From NCBI GenBank assembly GCA_002633005.1, contig NMRA01000228.1, positions 422,120-486,119 of the forward strand: a stretch of DNA of 64,000 bases, given 5' to 3'. Position numbers and translations under genes: made by a program. The notes beneath the pieces were generated by a model. It worked only from the letters and a program-made list of their open reading frames with translations. It was not told the origin of the DNA and did no database searches. Position 1 is the first letter of the stretch; every line of letters starts with the position of its first letter. Shown here in pieces: positions 11,167-24,828 of this stretch. This stretch comes from Phoronis australis (taxonomy: Eukaryota; Animalia; Phoronida).

Positions 11167-14100
11167 CATTACGCCTGAAAATTAGTAGGGCTAAGTTTCA
11201 GCTTGTCAGTCTAGTCAGCCGACTCGGCTATAATACATACGTTGCAAATGCACAGTAATTGGTAAAGCTTGCATTAAGTTAGCATGAATAGAGGACTTTA
11301 ATGCCCACATAGGTGATGCAATTAAAGTAGACCGCCTACACATTAGAGAGGCTCAGTGTCAAGCAAGCGTGTCAGACCAGTCTGCTAAATCATCTATAAC
11401 TATAATTGCAGATTATTAATGCACTTAGGTGGCCATGAATTAAGCAAGCCTCTCTACTTAAGCTCCACAAGTTGCACTGTTAATCAATTACTGCATGTCT
11501 GTGTTAAGTCTATTCAACTCAAACTCCTCACCTGGACCCATGCTTATATCTCCAACTCAGACTCAATATTTAACCAATCACATCGCAATATTCGAATACA
11601 AATTAGTAAGTTTAGTCAAAATGTACCGTGCCATCTGTCAGTTTTTGTTTCAAGTAAAGATATTAGTATTGGCCCTCACAAGATAGCCATGATATTGCAC
11701 CAGTATATCTGTCTCTCACGAATTTTCTCATACCATCTTTTAACATACAGTGCTTGTCCAGGTTTCTACTCAAAGGTAACCGGGTTGGTTACTTTTTGGG
11801 AGCTAAAATTCTGTTGATATGGCCATTCACAAAGGCAGCCTCTTGTAAGAAAGTCTCAGACATGTAAATTTGAAGTGTGTGCAAAGCTAAGTGTGGACAT
11901 TAACCCGGTCAAATAAGGTAATATCACCATGTGTAAGTACACACTGAAACAATATAATATGCTACTTATGTAGTGCATGATTAAATATAGTTATATTTTG
12001 TTGCTGCCTTCCATATGTTGATGTGTAATTTGAGCTTGTTCCAGTCAGTGTTAGTTGAGCACTTTGATAGTGCAGGTTTGACATTGATGGAAACTTCATG
12101 TGGAAAAGAGACACATAACATATGGTGTGCTGTGTCTTATCTTTGTTTAGAAATGTTATGTAAAGAGTCTTGAAACTGCAGTTGGAATGACAAGACTGGG
12201 GTTTTGTTACTGTTTTCATTAATATATGAGCATTTCACTAAACTGCATGTGTCGCTGCACCCCACCACAAATTTGATTATTAGAATTAAATCTGACGAAA
12301 AGTCGCCTTGTTGAATGTTGAATTTCTTCTAGAAATCAATGTTTTTTGTGTTTCTTAAACAGTGTTGATTGGGTAACTCTAGTGAAAGACTATTGGGAGT
12401 TATCTGAGCAGCTGCTTGTGGTTTGAGATCACCATCGTGCAGTAGTCGTTTTGTTGAGCCTACAGGGCTTGGAATTTTCCGCTTTTAGGATTTTTTCTAT
12501 CACACAAGCCTATTAATTATGGAACTATACATCACCTGAAAAATTTTCCTCTTTTGTCATTGGTCATTCAAAGCCCTGAGCCTAGGAGCCACTGGACAAT
12601 AGTGTTTTGGTATCACATGCCTAACTCTACCAGAGGACAGCACACTAGGCTTGAGTAGTAATTAAGATTTTATTGCCCTCTGGCCCTTGTTGACCTCTCA
12701 CTCAAAACTCCGAAACTCTCAGAAGGTGCATTGTTTTACTAACGTATGATTAATGAGGTCTGCATTGAACTCATGTGTCCCTCCCAGAGGGTCATCTGGC
12801 TAACAGTCTGTTGTGTGGCCAATAATAACATAAGTGAGTTGAAAATTTGAAATCGAATCTCGAAAGTCAATACAGACCGGTGGTAGAGGTGTGGTTTTTG
12901 TCATTTGTCAATTCATTCCAGAAATTTTAAACCACGTTACAGCTATTTGCTCAATTAGAATAAGATCTAGTTTCCAACTGTTTTTGTGAAAAAAACAACC
13001 CCTAGTTTGTGTGATGTCAAGAATCAGAGTTAAAAGCTACATTAAAGGTTACTTTTCTGCATTCTTTGATCAGCCCTTCACTTACGGAACAACAGGAGTT
13101 GAAATTAGCCCCTGGTGTATCTCTTTTTTATGTCAATGCTAGCCCATCATTCTTTGTTTTCTGTGAACTGGGTCAGTTTTCTACTCATTCATTTTGTAAC
13201 CTCTTATTGCCTGGTGGCATAGTGCCTAAATCATAGAAATTCTATGCAAAGTCTGCAAACATTTTTAATTTTTAAAATTTTCGGGGCTATCATTTAGGAC
13301 TATGAAATTGAAGTTTTTATGGACCCATAATTTCAGTAAAAAAGTCTGAAATTGTGCAATGGCCATTTTAAGCAGTCAGATGTCCAGAGTGTGCGAGAGT
13401 TTATTGGTCCTAGAACTGTATGTGTGACAGGATACCATACTATTCTTTTATAATTCCCTCTGCCAGGAAATTGATTTTTGTGACTAAACCGATTTTAGGC
13501 TATTTTAGAAACAATTGTGACTAATGATTAGATAAGTCATCAGTAATTACTGATTGTACTAGACATGCTTGATTTATTGTGGATATGTTGAACAAACCAT
13601 CTCTTAGAAAAGGTCATAAATTGTATGTCAGCAATTTGGCATCACAAAGTTGGTTGTTTGTAAATGTTTGTTTTGTTTTTGTACTGTAGTTGTTATCCAG
13701 TTTTGATTTCATAAAATTATATGTTGCAATTGATGACAGCAATTTGATTCTGTATTTTGACACCTGTTATCAAAAGGTAATCAATTTGTTGCTGTACTAC
13801 TTAGCTTAGTGCGTGCTGGAGTTGTATTCCTTGAGCAGTATATTGTTGTATTTGTACTGAAACACTTTGTTCATCTAAAGCATTCCTTTTTGATTCATAT
13901 CTTTAGACATTCGTGGTTTTACTCTTTAATGTTCCTAGTCCCATTGATGATTTTTATGTTGAGCATTTCTTCTCTATAGTTATTTGTTTAACTGGGGTGA
14001 TATTGATATATCTGTGACAGTAGGAAATGGAAAATGTGATCTTTTTATATGTAATGTAAGTTGTGTAAAGAGTGTTGAAATTGAATTGATGTTATTTACT

Positions 14101-14320
14101 CAGACAAACTTCTATGATTTTACTAAAAGTTATTCTGTGTTATTTACTGGTCATTTTTGTCTTCAGGCGACATATTTTGTATTCAAACTATTTTCATATC
14201 GTTCAGCGGTTTTTCATGCCTGTATAGATTAGTGGCGCATTTGTGTCCGCTTAGTAATAATTAGAGTTGTGATTTTTGTTGGAAATAATCTCGGTCGTTT
14301 GTAAATTATTCAGTAAGACC

Positions 14321-14326
14321 AATAAA
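14321..14326 (+). terminator. Candidate poly(A) signal of the ABCA gene (3' UTR of about 3.2 kb)
   Basis: AATAAA after a long U-rich tract. I noticed no earlier AATAAA after the stop codon. Confidence 0.4.
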
Positions 14327-15226
14327 TGTTGATGCTGGACACTATTGGTTTTGAGAGTTCTAAAGCCGCAGAAGTCAGCATTAAAATTTCCAGAAGTCCT
14401 GTCTTAATAGATAAAAAGTTTGTTTTGTTTGGAAACGTGCGGTGTGCAATATCGCGACTTGGATACATGGCAGTCTAGCGGATAAGTGCAATGTACCTCT
14501 TTTTTGACTTTACTTTGCGTCAAGAGTTGAACGCACTTCTTGTAAGGAACATACCGAGTCTTATTGGCAAGAATGTGCTCTGATTGACTGAATCAAAATT
14601 TATTTTCTTCGACGCAACATGGGTACAGTTTTGCCATGCAAAAACGAAAAATGAATTAAGCCACTGTGCCTTGATCATAAAATCGACCTCGTAATATTCG
14701 TTACAGTTATAGAACTTAAGTTCCGTTAAGGAACTTCCCTTACCAACCAAACATCGAAGCTATTAGCGACTCAAGGACACGATTCAGAGTATACCGGGGT
14801 TTGTCAATCCAAAAACTGCGAAATTTAAAAATGGCGCATGTACGCAAATGCTTTTTACTTGAGTTGCCGGCTCATTCTAAAATTCATGATAGGATAACTT
14901 TTTTAATGCTTTTACTCCTAAAATGTCTTTGATAAGAATTCAATATTAACACCTCTAAACAAAGGCGAAATCCCCCAATCAAGTGTTAGCCCCAGTTCAG
15001 AGATTAGATCCTCAGTGGGCCCAGATGGCTTCGATCAATAAATCCACTACAATTACTACTGCTACTGCGAGTGTCTCAACTCTTGGGGCTGGAATCGATA
15101 AATAAATGAAATAGCGAAATGAAATTCGTTTCTGTGCAATGCTACAACTTAGTCATACCGGCAACAGTAACAAACGCGCGGCTTCGAACATTTTCCCTTA
15201 TATATGTATGTATGTATATGTATATA

Positions 15227-16205
15227 TTAGTAATTTCCCATGGTCTGGGAACGATATCTAATTCTCTGCCATAATTTTTTAAATTCAGTTTTAAATTCTT
15301 TAGACAAGCTTACATACAGCACTGGATGAATAGCACAAGTTGCTACTAGAAAAAAACTTGATATCGTCTCCAACTCAGTAACCACTCGAGACTGGTTGTT
15401 GCGTGCTATGAAAACCATAATGGGAAGAGGTATCCACACTACGATATTGATCAGTATTATGTACACCGACCTCTTGGTGGTAGATCTGTTCATCACGTCG
15501 TTCCTATCTACAACTCTGCTGGGTGTCACGGTATCCCGTGCTTTAGGCTGAGGAATTTCGTCATTTACGCTCTTGGAACATGAAGGGAGAGAAGGCGGTG
15601 AAATTTGCGATGACGTACAAGCTGCGCTTCTTGTAAAACATCTGCCTGAGGTTTTATCTTTTCCCCGCTTAAATTCTGTTGCACCATCTTGAAACAGGCT
15701 ATAAGGTGACCACAGTGTATCCGAGCAGGACGTAAGTGGATCAATTTTATTGCCACCAAAATGAGAACGCAAATAAGAGTTTTCTAATCTCGGCAAAGTT
15801 GGCAGTGTCGTCGACTCCATGGTCACACTGGTATTTCTTAGCGTGCCGGAAGGAGATGCTGGTAGATACGTTGAGTCTAATGTGGTCGGTGTCAAGGTGC
15901 TATTTGCTCGAACGTTGCGTATAACATGAAGCCTTTTGGTTTTCATTTTGATCGCGTGTTGGCGTACAAAGACCGAAATCCTAATGTATACGAACACCAC
16001 AAACGTGAGTGAGACGACACCTAGTGGAGCCATGAAGTAAAGCATTACATTAATTCTGCTTCCAGTTACTACTTTCTGCAACATGCATCTCTCGAAGAAA
16101 GAGGATCTTGAGCAGGGTATTAGTACGACAGCGAGCGCGCATGACAGACCTACGGGCCACAATGAAGACACAGCGAATATGTTCCTCTTCGAAGTCATTT
16201 TGAAT
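15227..16205 (-). CDS. Orphan class A (rhodopsin-like) GPCR, exon 2 (TM4-TM7, long ICL3, helix 8)
   Basis: Acceptor ctatttcAG, with a phase-2 join giving HPYS-K-FKMTSKR. TM5 YFMAPLGVVSLTFVVFVYIRI, TM6 IVVWIPL, TM7 CAIHPVLY, helix 8 SKEFKTEFKKL. Confidence 0.9.
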
Positions 16206-19200
16206 CTGAAATAGCGTTAAAGTATGGAGCTGTGAATTTAGAGACTTGGCAAACATTACATTTTTATAGGACATTGAGAAGGCAGTTACCCAACTGAACA
16301 GCGCAGTAAACTTAAGGCAACCATGCCTCAGTCACCTTTTCAACAACTATCGAGGACACTTACAGCGGGAACTAACGGGTTGAACAACTAGCTTGGCTCA
16401 TTTTTCATTGGTAAAAGTTGACATTTAGACAAGGGGCGTAATCTATTCTGTACAATGAGTATAGATAAACAAATCGTGATTGTCGAAAAGTCATAAACAG
16501 CCTCCAGGCATGTTTTAATTACCTCAGGCTCAACTGTATTAATCAATAATATTAAGATTATGTCATACAGTTCATGCTTGGCAGTTTTCTGTATCAGTAA
16601 ATCATATTTAAAATATAATTTACTGAATATTGAACTTAAGTTCACCTCGTCTCTAGTTTTGATGAAACCTCGTGGCTTAAAAATTAAGCTTTACGTTACA
16701 TCACAAAGTAGAATTACAGTAACGTCACCAATTCAAACTAGCATAGACACTAAAGCAATATTAGGGTAGTCTACAATTAAAGTTACTTTTCCGAGTAAGG
16801 CGGCTTTTTGAAGCTTATGTGCTTTCACCTGGGCTGTTTAGATAATTAAAACACGAAGTCGCAATATTCCTTGCTATGATAGTCACCTATCAACAAGAAT
16901 ATTGAAACCATCAGCGAATGAAAAAAGCGCTGCAGAGTTTATTGGGGTTTTCCAACCTAATTACAAAATGGTGCTGTTCAGTAGTGACCGAGCTGCCGAA
17001 TGAATCGAATTCCAGATTGGAGGAGCGTGGTAATGTTTTTAACAACCAAAGCGCATCGCTTAAGTCATTAACTTTGTGAAATCTAAGCAGGATCGAAATG
17101 CAGCTTTAAACATTTAGCTAAATATAAAATAACTTGCCATGAAATCAATTCTCTAGCCATGTTAAACATTTCGTCACAGCAGTAGTGAACACGCGATCTG
17201 CACCCGTTAGAAATTTGCCAAATTTAATGTTTCCATTCTTATAAAGGCCTTTTCACACAACTAAGCTCCAGTACCAGAGGAGTAAACTGCGAAGCTTATT
17301 GAACCTTTCAGACCGGACTACACCGAATTACAATTTGATTGCCTCGAGTCATTGAAGTTGTCGCAAGATAGCGCCCCGAAAACGTTATTCACTGAGGTGT
17401 ATTTGCGGTTTTTAGGTATTACAGACGTTTGGATACAAGTGGCATGAAGGGTTTATAGTTGTAGAAAGGTCGTGACTATTTAAAAGTGTTGTCAAATAAT
17501 ACAAACACGAGAGGCAGCTGCCCAGAACTCCGATGACATCGCAGCTAAAAGTATACCAAAATTTGGAAACCCGTTCCAAAGTCTGCCCGCAAACGGGCAA
17601 GTAGTGACCTAAGCTTAAATTTTAGCGAATTGCACAACAACTGTTGGAAAAGGACCATCCTGTCCAATCTGTGACATAAGGAGCTTGAGTTAATAGTTGA
17701 TTCCTGCCTTTAACTTGGAAGATTGACGTTAATGATGCAATAGCAGGTGACAGAACGAAGATAGGTGGTGAATCATCAACACAGGGTTTAGTATCCCTTT
17801 AACCGTTCATACCCACCGCATCGAGGCGCTGTCAACGCTCCGCTGTTCGAATGGTCAGTTACGCGGAAACTCCTCATAACAGGCGACCCGTCGACGGTGG
17901 TATGAAAGGCTCTTTAGTCATTATATAATCATATATTTATATAGCCATATTTATCAAATTAAACTTGTTAAAAAATTTTCACTGTTTATTGTGTAAATAT
18001 TTCACACTGAATGTACTTAGAACGCACAAAAGATTGCTGCAACTAAAAGGCGAATGCCTTCCTTACGTTATATCTACATATTATGTTACGGTAGTAAAAC
18101 TACATTATTTACAAAGGACTAGAGGCCCACGGTGTATTTAAGGTCCCTTAATTACTAATACTTGAAAAGCTATTTGACAAATCCATTGCGTACCTGCACT
18201 GCTGGATAAAAATGAGATTGTGTAAACAAGCCAGTTTGTAATCTGGTATCTGATATGAGTAACTTTAGCCATCAGTTAGACGTTGAAGAACTACCAAGCC
18301 CAGAATATGTTTTTGACATGACATGAACAGTACTGTCACTTACGGTAATGCCAAGTGAAAACTTCAATGCTTACGAACTGGACTACATTGGTGACAGTGT
18401 TTATGGCGATGACGGTGAAGCTCTGGCAGCGGGACAGAGGGAATGAGAGGCTGGACTTTCAGAGTAGCTGTTACTTCCACGAAATTTATATGAAGTCTAT
18501 GAACTCGTCGTCTTCCAAAATTCACCGGAAACAAAAGCATTGTTTAATTTTCATTATGCTGCACGTCACCAGCCAAACGTCGGCTTGCTTGAAATTTCAT
18601 ATTGGGCCTCTCAATCTCGAAAATGTTCCACCGCCAATTTGACTAAATATGTCGATGACGCTGACGATATATTGGCCATGACAAAATCAATATGGCGAAG
18701 GTAACGAAAGAGTGACGATAGCATTCAGTAGCTGTCTTGGGGGTATTCTAGCCAAAATCACGTGCTCTCATTTAAAGTACACCTCTCGCGCTATCTAGCT
18801 AAGTCTTGCTTTTCTGGCGAGGTCCCAACGTTATTGAACTCTACCCTGTTTTCTTCACCCCATTATTCTACTCCAAGTCTTACTTTTTCGCAGGCGCAAA
18901 ATCTCCGCAATGTGCGCGTGTTGATAGATACAAAATGAACACCACGCAGCCCATATCACCACGCTGCCACCTACAGTGGGCAGAAAACGTGAAACGACGA
19001 GCTTGTCTTGGAGTCTTCCTGGCAACTTCATTAATAATGTTCAGACCTGGCCGCTCCTGAATTGTTGTACTCGATTTACAACATTTAAAGCGCCATACCG
19101 TATTGTTTAATTTTTACTTGTTAGAATGTTGCTAGTAGCTGATCTACGGGTGGGTTAGAGTAGTTAACCCCCACAACGAATTACTTCAGTCTGTAATTAA

Positions 19201-19837
19201 GGAAAAGGGTTTTCTCTCCCATTATTTTGTAATGAGGAGCAGTACACAGGCATATTTAAGGGGGACCCGACCACGATTTCCTGTAGGCAGACAATGTGCT
19301 GTCGACGTTTTTCTGCTATTGCTCTGAGAGGGATCCACGTGAACAATATTGTAGATCCGCTACTGGAAGCAGGCCTGTTATTAGCAGATGTACCTGACGT
19401 TTGTAAGGCGTCTCAAAAGACAAAAGTGATGATGTTGTCGATAGGGGTGGCAATGACGATGACGAGATGTTGATGATGTTATGGCGTTAATTGTTGTTTT
19501 TAAGGGACAACATTTGTCTCATAAAACAAACACACATTGAACAATAACATCAAACGCAGAAACCGCAAGGCATCATACCTGGGTTAGAAAATTTACATAA
19601 TTTATGTAAGTAAATTAAAATCAAATACAAAGAAATATACTTACAGTTGAAACACAATGATGAGAGATTGATGATAATTTAAGCGACGTCAGTGTATAAA
19701 GGGGACGCAAAGAAGATCAGTCCGAATTACATTTGATAAGCAAAAGAATTATATGTTCATTGGAGCCAATTCGTTGCGAAAATCTTCAAAAATTCAATGA
19801 GGAAGTCGTTGAAATGGTGGGTACTGTTCTAGATGAC

Positions 19838-19955
19838 ATTGGTGATGATGATGATGATGGTGATGGTGGTGGTGGTGGTGGTGGTGGTGGTGGTGATGAT
19901 GATTATGGTGATTATGATGATGGTGGTTGTGGTGGTAATGTTGATGATGTTGACG
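19838..19955. repeat. (GAT/GGT)n trinucleotide low-complexity tract in the GPCR intron
   Basis: Visible directly; it produces the spurious poly-H, poly-G and poly-V ORFs. Confidence 0.95.
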
Positions 19956-20938
19956 ACAATTGTCATCAAGAAGACGGATATGGTTAGAATCATGATGGTG
20001 AGGACACAGTGTTTTCAAGCAGACGGCGATGATGACATATCGATCATGTCAGCTTAAATATGATTACCTTCAGTTGTGGTACCCTGGGAGTGGGAACAAA
20101 CATTGAACGCATTTTGTTAATAGATGACGTCAAGAGTTTATTACTTGTTAATATCGTCTGCCGTAAGCTAATTTCTGTTTGTCAACGGAGTTGGACAAAT
20201 TGAGCGAATAACGTGATGCTGTTACTCTACGGCATTTTCCATTGTGTTCAGTTTTAGAAATGTTTTAAATTCACAGTTTTCTCACTCCCCCTACTAAACA
20301 CAGTGGCAGACCTAGGATACCACAAGGGGGCCCAACACTTTATCTCGGGTCCATCGCGTAAAGCACGACTGCATGCACGCACCGAGCCTGAAATGAAGGA
20401 GGGCTAGAGCTTTTGAGAATGTGTGGACCTCCTTGCTGAAATGCAACCGCACGAGTAAAAAAAAATGGGGACACGCTTCTTAAACCTTGTTTCGGCAGCT
20501 TTGTCAATACCAGGGTCAATTAATAAATTCAATATTTTGGCATAATGGAGTATCACAGTTTATGAACACATTGGACTGTTTCCATGACAACTTTTGATAC
20601 AAAAACATAGTACTAGCACGACAAATTTATAAAATGTTGGTCGAAAAGGTCCATTTTTGCTTGAAAACGCTGATTTCAAGAAGTTCTTCTGCATAGTTAT
20701 TTGATAGCATGAAAACAGAGTATACTCGGAACACAGATGCCGATTTCTGTGTAAAGCCTTCTGAAAGTAAAGAAAACTTTGATCTTACTAAATTCGAACG
20801 TCTGAGTCACGGCGTATTGTGTGGCTGAGGAATCGGGCCAGTTTTTTCTCCAAAGAAACATTAAAAGCACTTCTGCCTGCTATATTTTTTCTAAAATGAT
20901 ACATAGTGGTGAAGAAATGTACATAGTAAATCTCTACG

Positions 20939-20939
20939 C

Positions 20940-20983
<44 letters not shown>
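20939..20983. repeat. (CAA)n microsatellite
   Basis: Visible directly. Confidence 0.95.
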
Positions 20984-21825
20984 AATGCTATCCAGGACCT
21001 GTGTGATTACTGTCTTCTGAGACTCCTAGCCCATAAAATACGCTGTTGACTCTACATTCATCGCATTACACTTCAGACGTTTTCGACTACAGTTCATGTT
21101 ATATGCAATGGGTGATAAAAAGATCTTGCAAACAATTAATGTAGAAAAACTCTATACAATATGCACCGAGTATCTCTATTGTGATAACAGGACTAGCAAT
21201 TTATTCATTTTTTTGGAAATTTCATCGTTACTATCACATACTATGAAAATGCTCAACATATACATCGAAACGAATGCGACAAACAAGCCAAATTTTATTC
21301 AGTCGAGCCCCAACCCATATTTGAGCTAGACTTTCAAGTAACACAATGCACTGTGACTCAAGATGAAACAGTCAGCAAGCTCCATCTTTATTAATACCCC
21401 GAATGCCAGTTTTACAGCATTTGAACACAAGAATAGGCTTGACTGTTTCAATTATTCTATATTTTGTTGCTGCCACATAAATCTTCAAGAGATTAATAGG
21501 AATTTCAATCAAAAAGAGACATTTGCGATCAATGTCTGTACTCGTCGTGCTAATATTCTGTTATTGTTACGGAAACAACCCGATTTGTTCACTATTATTC
21601 GACACACAATAGTAATTCACCTCCCACAACTTCGTCCCGTTCAGCGAAGGCTCCAATTGGCAGTCATATCTGGCCGGTTTAGTGTACTAAGTCATGGTTG
21701 TGTTAACGCTTAAAGACAACTTACCATTTACCAAAGTGAGGAAGCAGTACATCTATCAAAGCAAGATAATTTGATTAAACAAATTAAAGACAAACCAAAT
21801 TTCCATTTCAAGCACCAGAACTTAC

Positions 21826-22208
21826 TTAGAGTATGGGTGTAGAATAGCTAGGTATTTATCCATTGCCAGTGCCATGAGGTTGATCAAAATGATGAATTTC
21901 GTTAGAAAGTAGAGGAACTCTTGTACTCTGCACGAAATGTTGCCCATTGTGAACCCTGACGGATTGAGGGCCACTGTTACTACTTCCATCGGTGCCTCGA
22001 TGGCACAAGTTAGCATATCGACAACACTCAAATTAGTGATGAGCAGATTCGAAGATGTGCGCAGTTGTTTCTTTTTAATAAAAAAGTAGACTACTAATCC
22101 GTTAAACGTTGCTCCAACTATAATCGTGAGTGTGAGAATGGTGCCTAAAATGACTGCCGCCGTTACCGACAAAGGTTCAACCTCGGCATAACTATTGTTG
22201 TCGCACAT
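21826..22208 (-). CDS. Orphan class A GPCR, exon 1 (TM1-TM3)
   Basis: N-glycosylation site NNS; TM1 GATFNGLVV; LRTSSNLLITNLSVVD (TM2); ECL1 Cys in ISCRV; LAMDKYLAILHPY; donor GTAAG at 21825. Confidence 0.93.
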
Positions 22209-23972
22209 GATCTGAGAGCTTCACGACACCAATGTCTTTCTGCCACGTGTCGTTAAACATGCATCCATGAGTCTGCTGACTAGTTGCTCCTGACTGTGCG
22301 TCCCATCACTAACTGATGTGTCATAATTAAAGTGCGCTTATGAATAGTCCGTGTGGAGTGCGGATCAAACCTTTCTCAACTTTACACTTCCATTAGATAA
22401 GGATGCGTGACAAGTGTTCTTATCAAGGCATGAGTTCGTTATCACCTATTGTTTCGTATACGCGGAGTGTGGCGTAGGAAGTGACGTGATGATTCTCAAG
22501 TTATACGTGGAATGGTGTACGTTGAAGCGTTTTCATTGACCTGCTTTTCACGAATAACTGTACAGAGCAAATAGTATGAAAAAATAACATCATAATCAAT
22601 GAATAAATGGTCAAGTTAAAAGATTCAAATTAATAAATAAACTTTTCAGAATTAACTGTAATAACAATATTGCCGAGTGTTGTTTTAAATCATTCTTCTG
22701 CCTGGTCTGAGATAGTCCGGATCTTGACCAAGAGTAGCCCAATGTAGATGTTTTATACTACCCGGGGCCAGGCATAGTATCTAGAAAAGGTTCCTAACTT
22801 TAATGTGCTGTTTAAGTATATGACGTGGGGTAAAGAAAGTGCGATTGATCTTTTTGTGGTTTGAAATAGCTGGATAATTTGGAAACACAACCCTGTTAAT
22901 GTTTCAGTCTATATATTTTTAGATCTTCTCCACTGCCAAAAGTTGTATTCTACGAAAAATTTAATAACTTTTTACTGCCTTGTCTGAAAACGCTACAATA
23001 CGTTCTCAAAAATGAACGGTTTAGCATTGGGTGATTAAAAATGCTCTTATATTGATAAATCAAGCTATACACAGCCCATTGTTCTAGCCAATAGGCAATT
23101 TTACATGGAACTCATGAACATAAATTTCTCTTTGGAACGCGGCTTGAACAGCATGAGGGAAACCACACAACAAAAAACGCAGTCAACATAGTTTCTAAAG
23201 CTTAGTGGATAAATCTACGAGTAAGGGAAGCAGTAGAAATGAAGATAATTTGTCAAAAGTTTTTAAGTTTTAAAATGGTCGCTTTTATTCCATATATTAC
23301 AAGCCTATGTCATGCTTTTTCGTCTGAAAATACTCGCATGTGGAGATAACTCTGACCAGGTGATAACTGAAAGTCTATTAACAGTCGGCGCTAAATACGG
23401 TATACAGTTACCAAGCAGCCGCACCTCCGGGGCAACAAAAGTTATTGTATACATTTCCCCATGTCTGAACTCCGCATAAATGTTTACAATGTAGTGCTTA
23501 TTTGCTTCGATGGTTTTGAAAACATTAATAAACAATTTAACATCAAAAAGCTTTATGAGCGCTCAATAACGTTCATTGATCGCCGATAACAGTCGAGTGT
23601 TTAGGGTACAGTCTGTGCAAGTTGCAGGATTTGTCAATATTGGCTGATTAGTTATTGATGCGTCGGTGCTGGAAAGGTTAGGTTGGCAAAACAAATCAAT
23701 TTTGTGTGTTAATTTATGTATGTGTTAAGGTTGACACCGAGTTTAATGTATTGGATGACCGGAGATCAGACCGGACTATGTTGATCAGTCTTGTCTACGG
23801 AAAACCAGAGGACTGAAGTTTTGAGAAGCTTGAGTTTACACCGACATCTTCCTGTCAAGGATTTTCTTGCGACAGTTGTAATTTAGAGACAACTGGCCAC
23901 CTTTTACCGAATAAACGACAGGGAGACTGGTTTGAGTGTCATCTCGGTAGTACTCAGCCGGACACAACGAAA

Positions 23973-24179
23973 ATGGCATTGAAGAAAAGTGGGGCATATT
24001 TCGCCGTGGCTCCAAACCAACCTGCAGCCCCGGTAGCTAGGGCCGCTAGCCCCGAGCATATGTCGAGCAGCACTTCGACAGTGAGCCTTGAGAGCGTACA
24101 GTACAGCAAACTAACAGGACTGCCCGAAGAGTGGACTCTGCCTCATGAACGTGTTATGGAATGTCGAGAGCGCTTCGGG
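23973..24179 (+). CDS. Uncharacterised 146-aa protein, exon 1
   Basis: aaaATGg start context, GC-richer coding-like sequence, 69 codons MALKKSGAYF...VMECRERFG, perfect GTAAGT donor. Confidence 0.7.
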
Positions 24180-24777
24180 GTAAGTAAAATAAATCTTTTC
24201 GGTACACGACTATCAAAATAAAACGCGTAAACAAATCTTCCGCCATAAAGATTCTGCATATCCACCAAAGGTTTCTTTAAACTCTTACCAATCCTATAGA
24301 TCACACAGAACTGAGTTGCATCATTTGAACGAAACGAGAATATTTCTTAAATTCAACTGCCCTCTCAATTTCAATTTGTTGCAAGAGACATAGCTTAGTG
24401 TTAACGAACATACTGCTCGTAGTTTTTTGTAACTTGACCCGGATGGGACTCGTTCTACAAGGCAAGCCTACCTAGCAGTGAATACTAGCGAGACCAGCAC
24501 GTGCTTCGCTTAGGCCTACAAGTCGGGTGGCGACATCTCGTGAATACGAGTATGGTCTCGTCAATTTTGCAATAAAATAATCTCACGGAACGCAGACCCA
24601 ATTTTCTGTAGATTGAGAATGAACATTAGATTTGCTAATTTCGCCAGTTTGGTAAAGAAACTTTTGAAATGTATTCATCAATGACATGAAAACTTTGGAA
24701 TTGCGTCAACGTAGCTTTTCATATCCTATTGAGACATCGGATACTGTTAATATTTACTATATGGCTTATTCTTTCAG

Positions 24778-24828
24778 AACTGGAAAACAGACGTGCAGTG
24801 CCAGATAGCAAACATCGCCAACAAACTG
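24778..24828 (+). CDS. Uncharacterised 146-aa protein, exon 2
   Basis: ttattctttcAG|NWKTDVQCQIANIANKL|GTAAAT, phase 0/0. Confidence 0.65.

Noticed and set aside
15300-15380. GPCR as an opsin
   Set aside because: The position equivalent to the retinal-binding Lys296 (six residues before the N/H of NPxxY) is Val, and TM7 has no Lys.
19733-20057. Poly-His, poly-Gly/Asp and poly-Val ORFs
   Set aside because: They are translations of a GAT/GGT microsatellite inside the GPCR intron.
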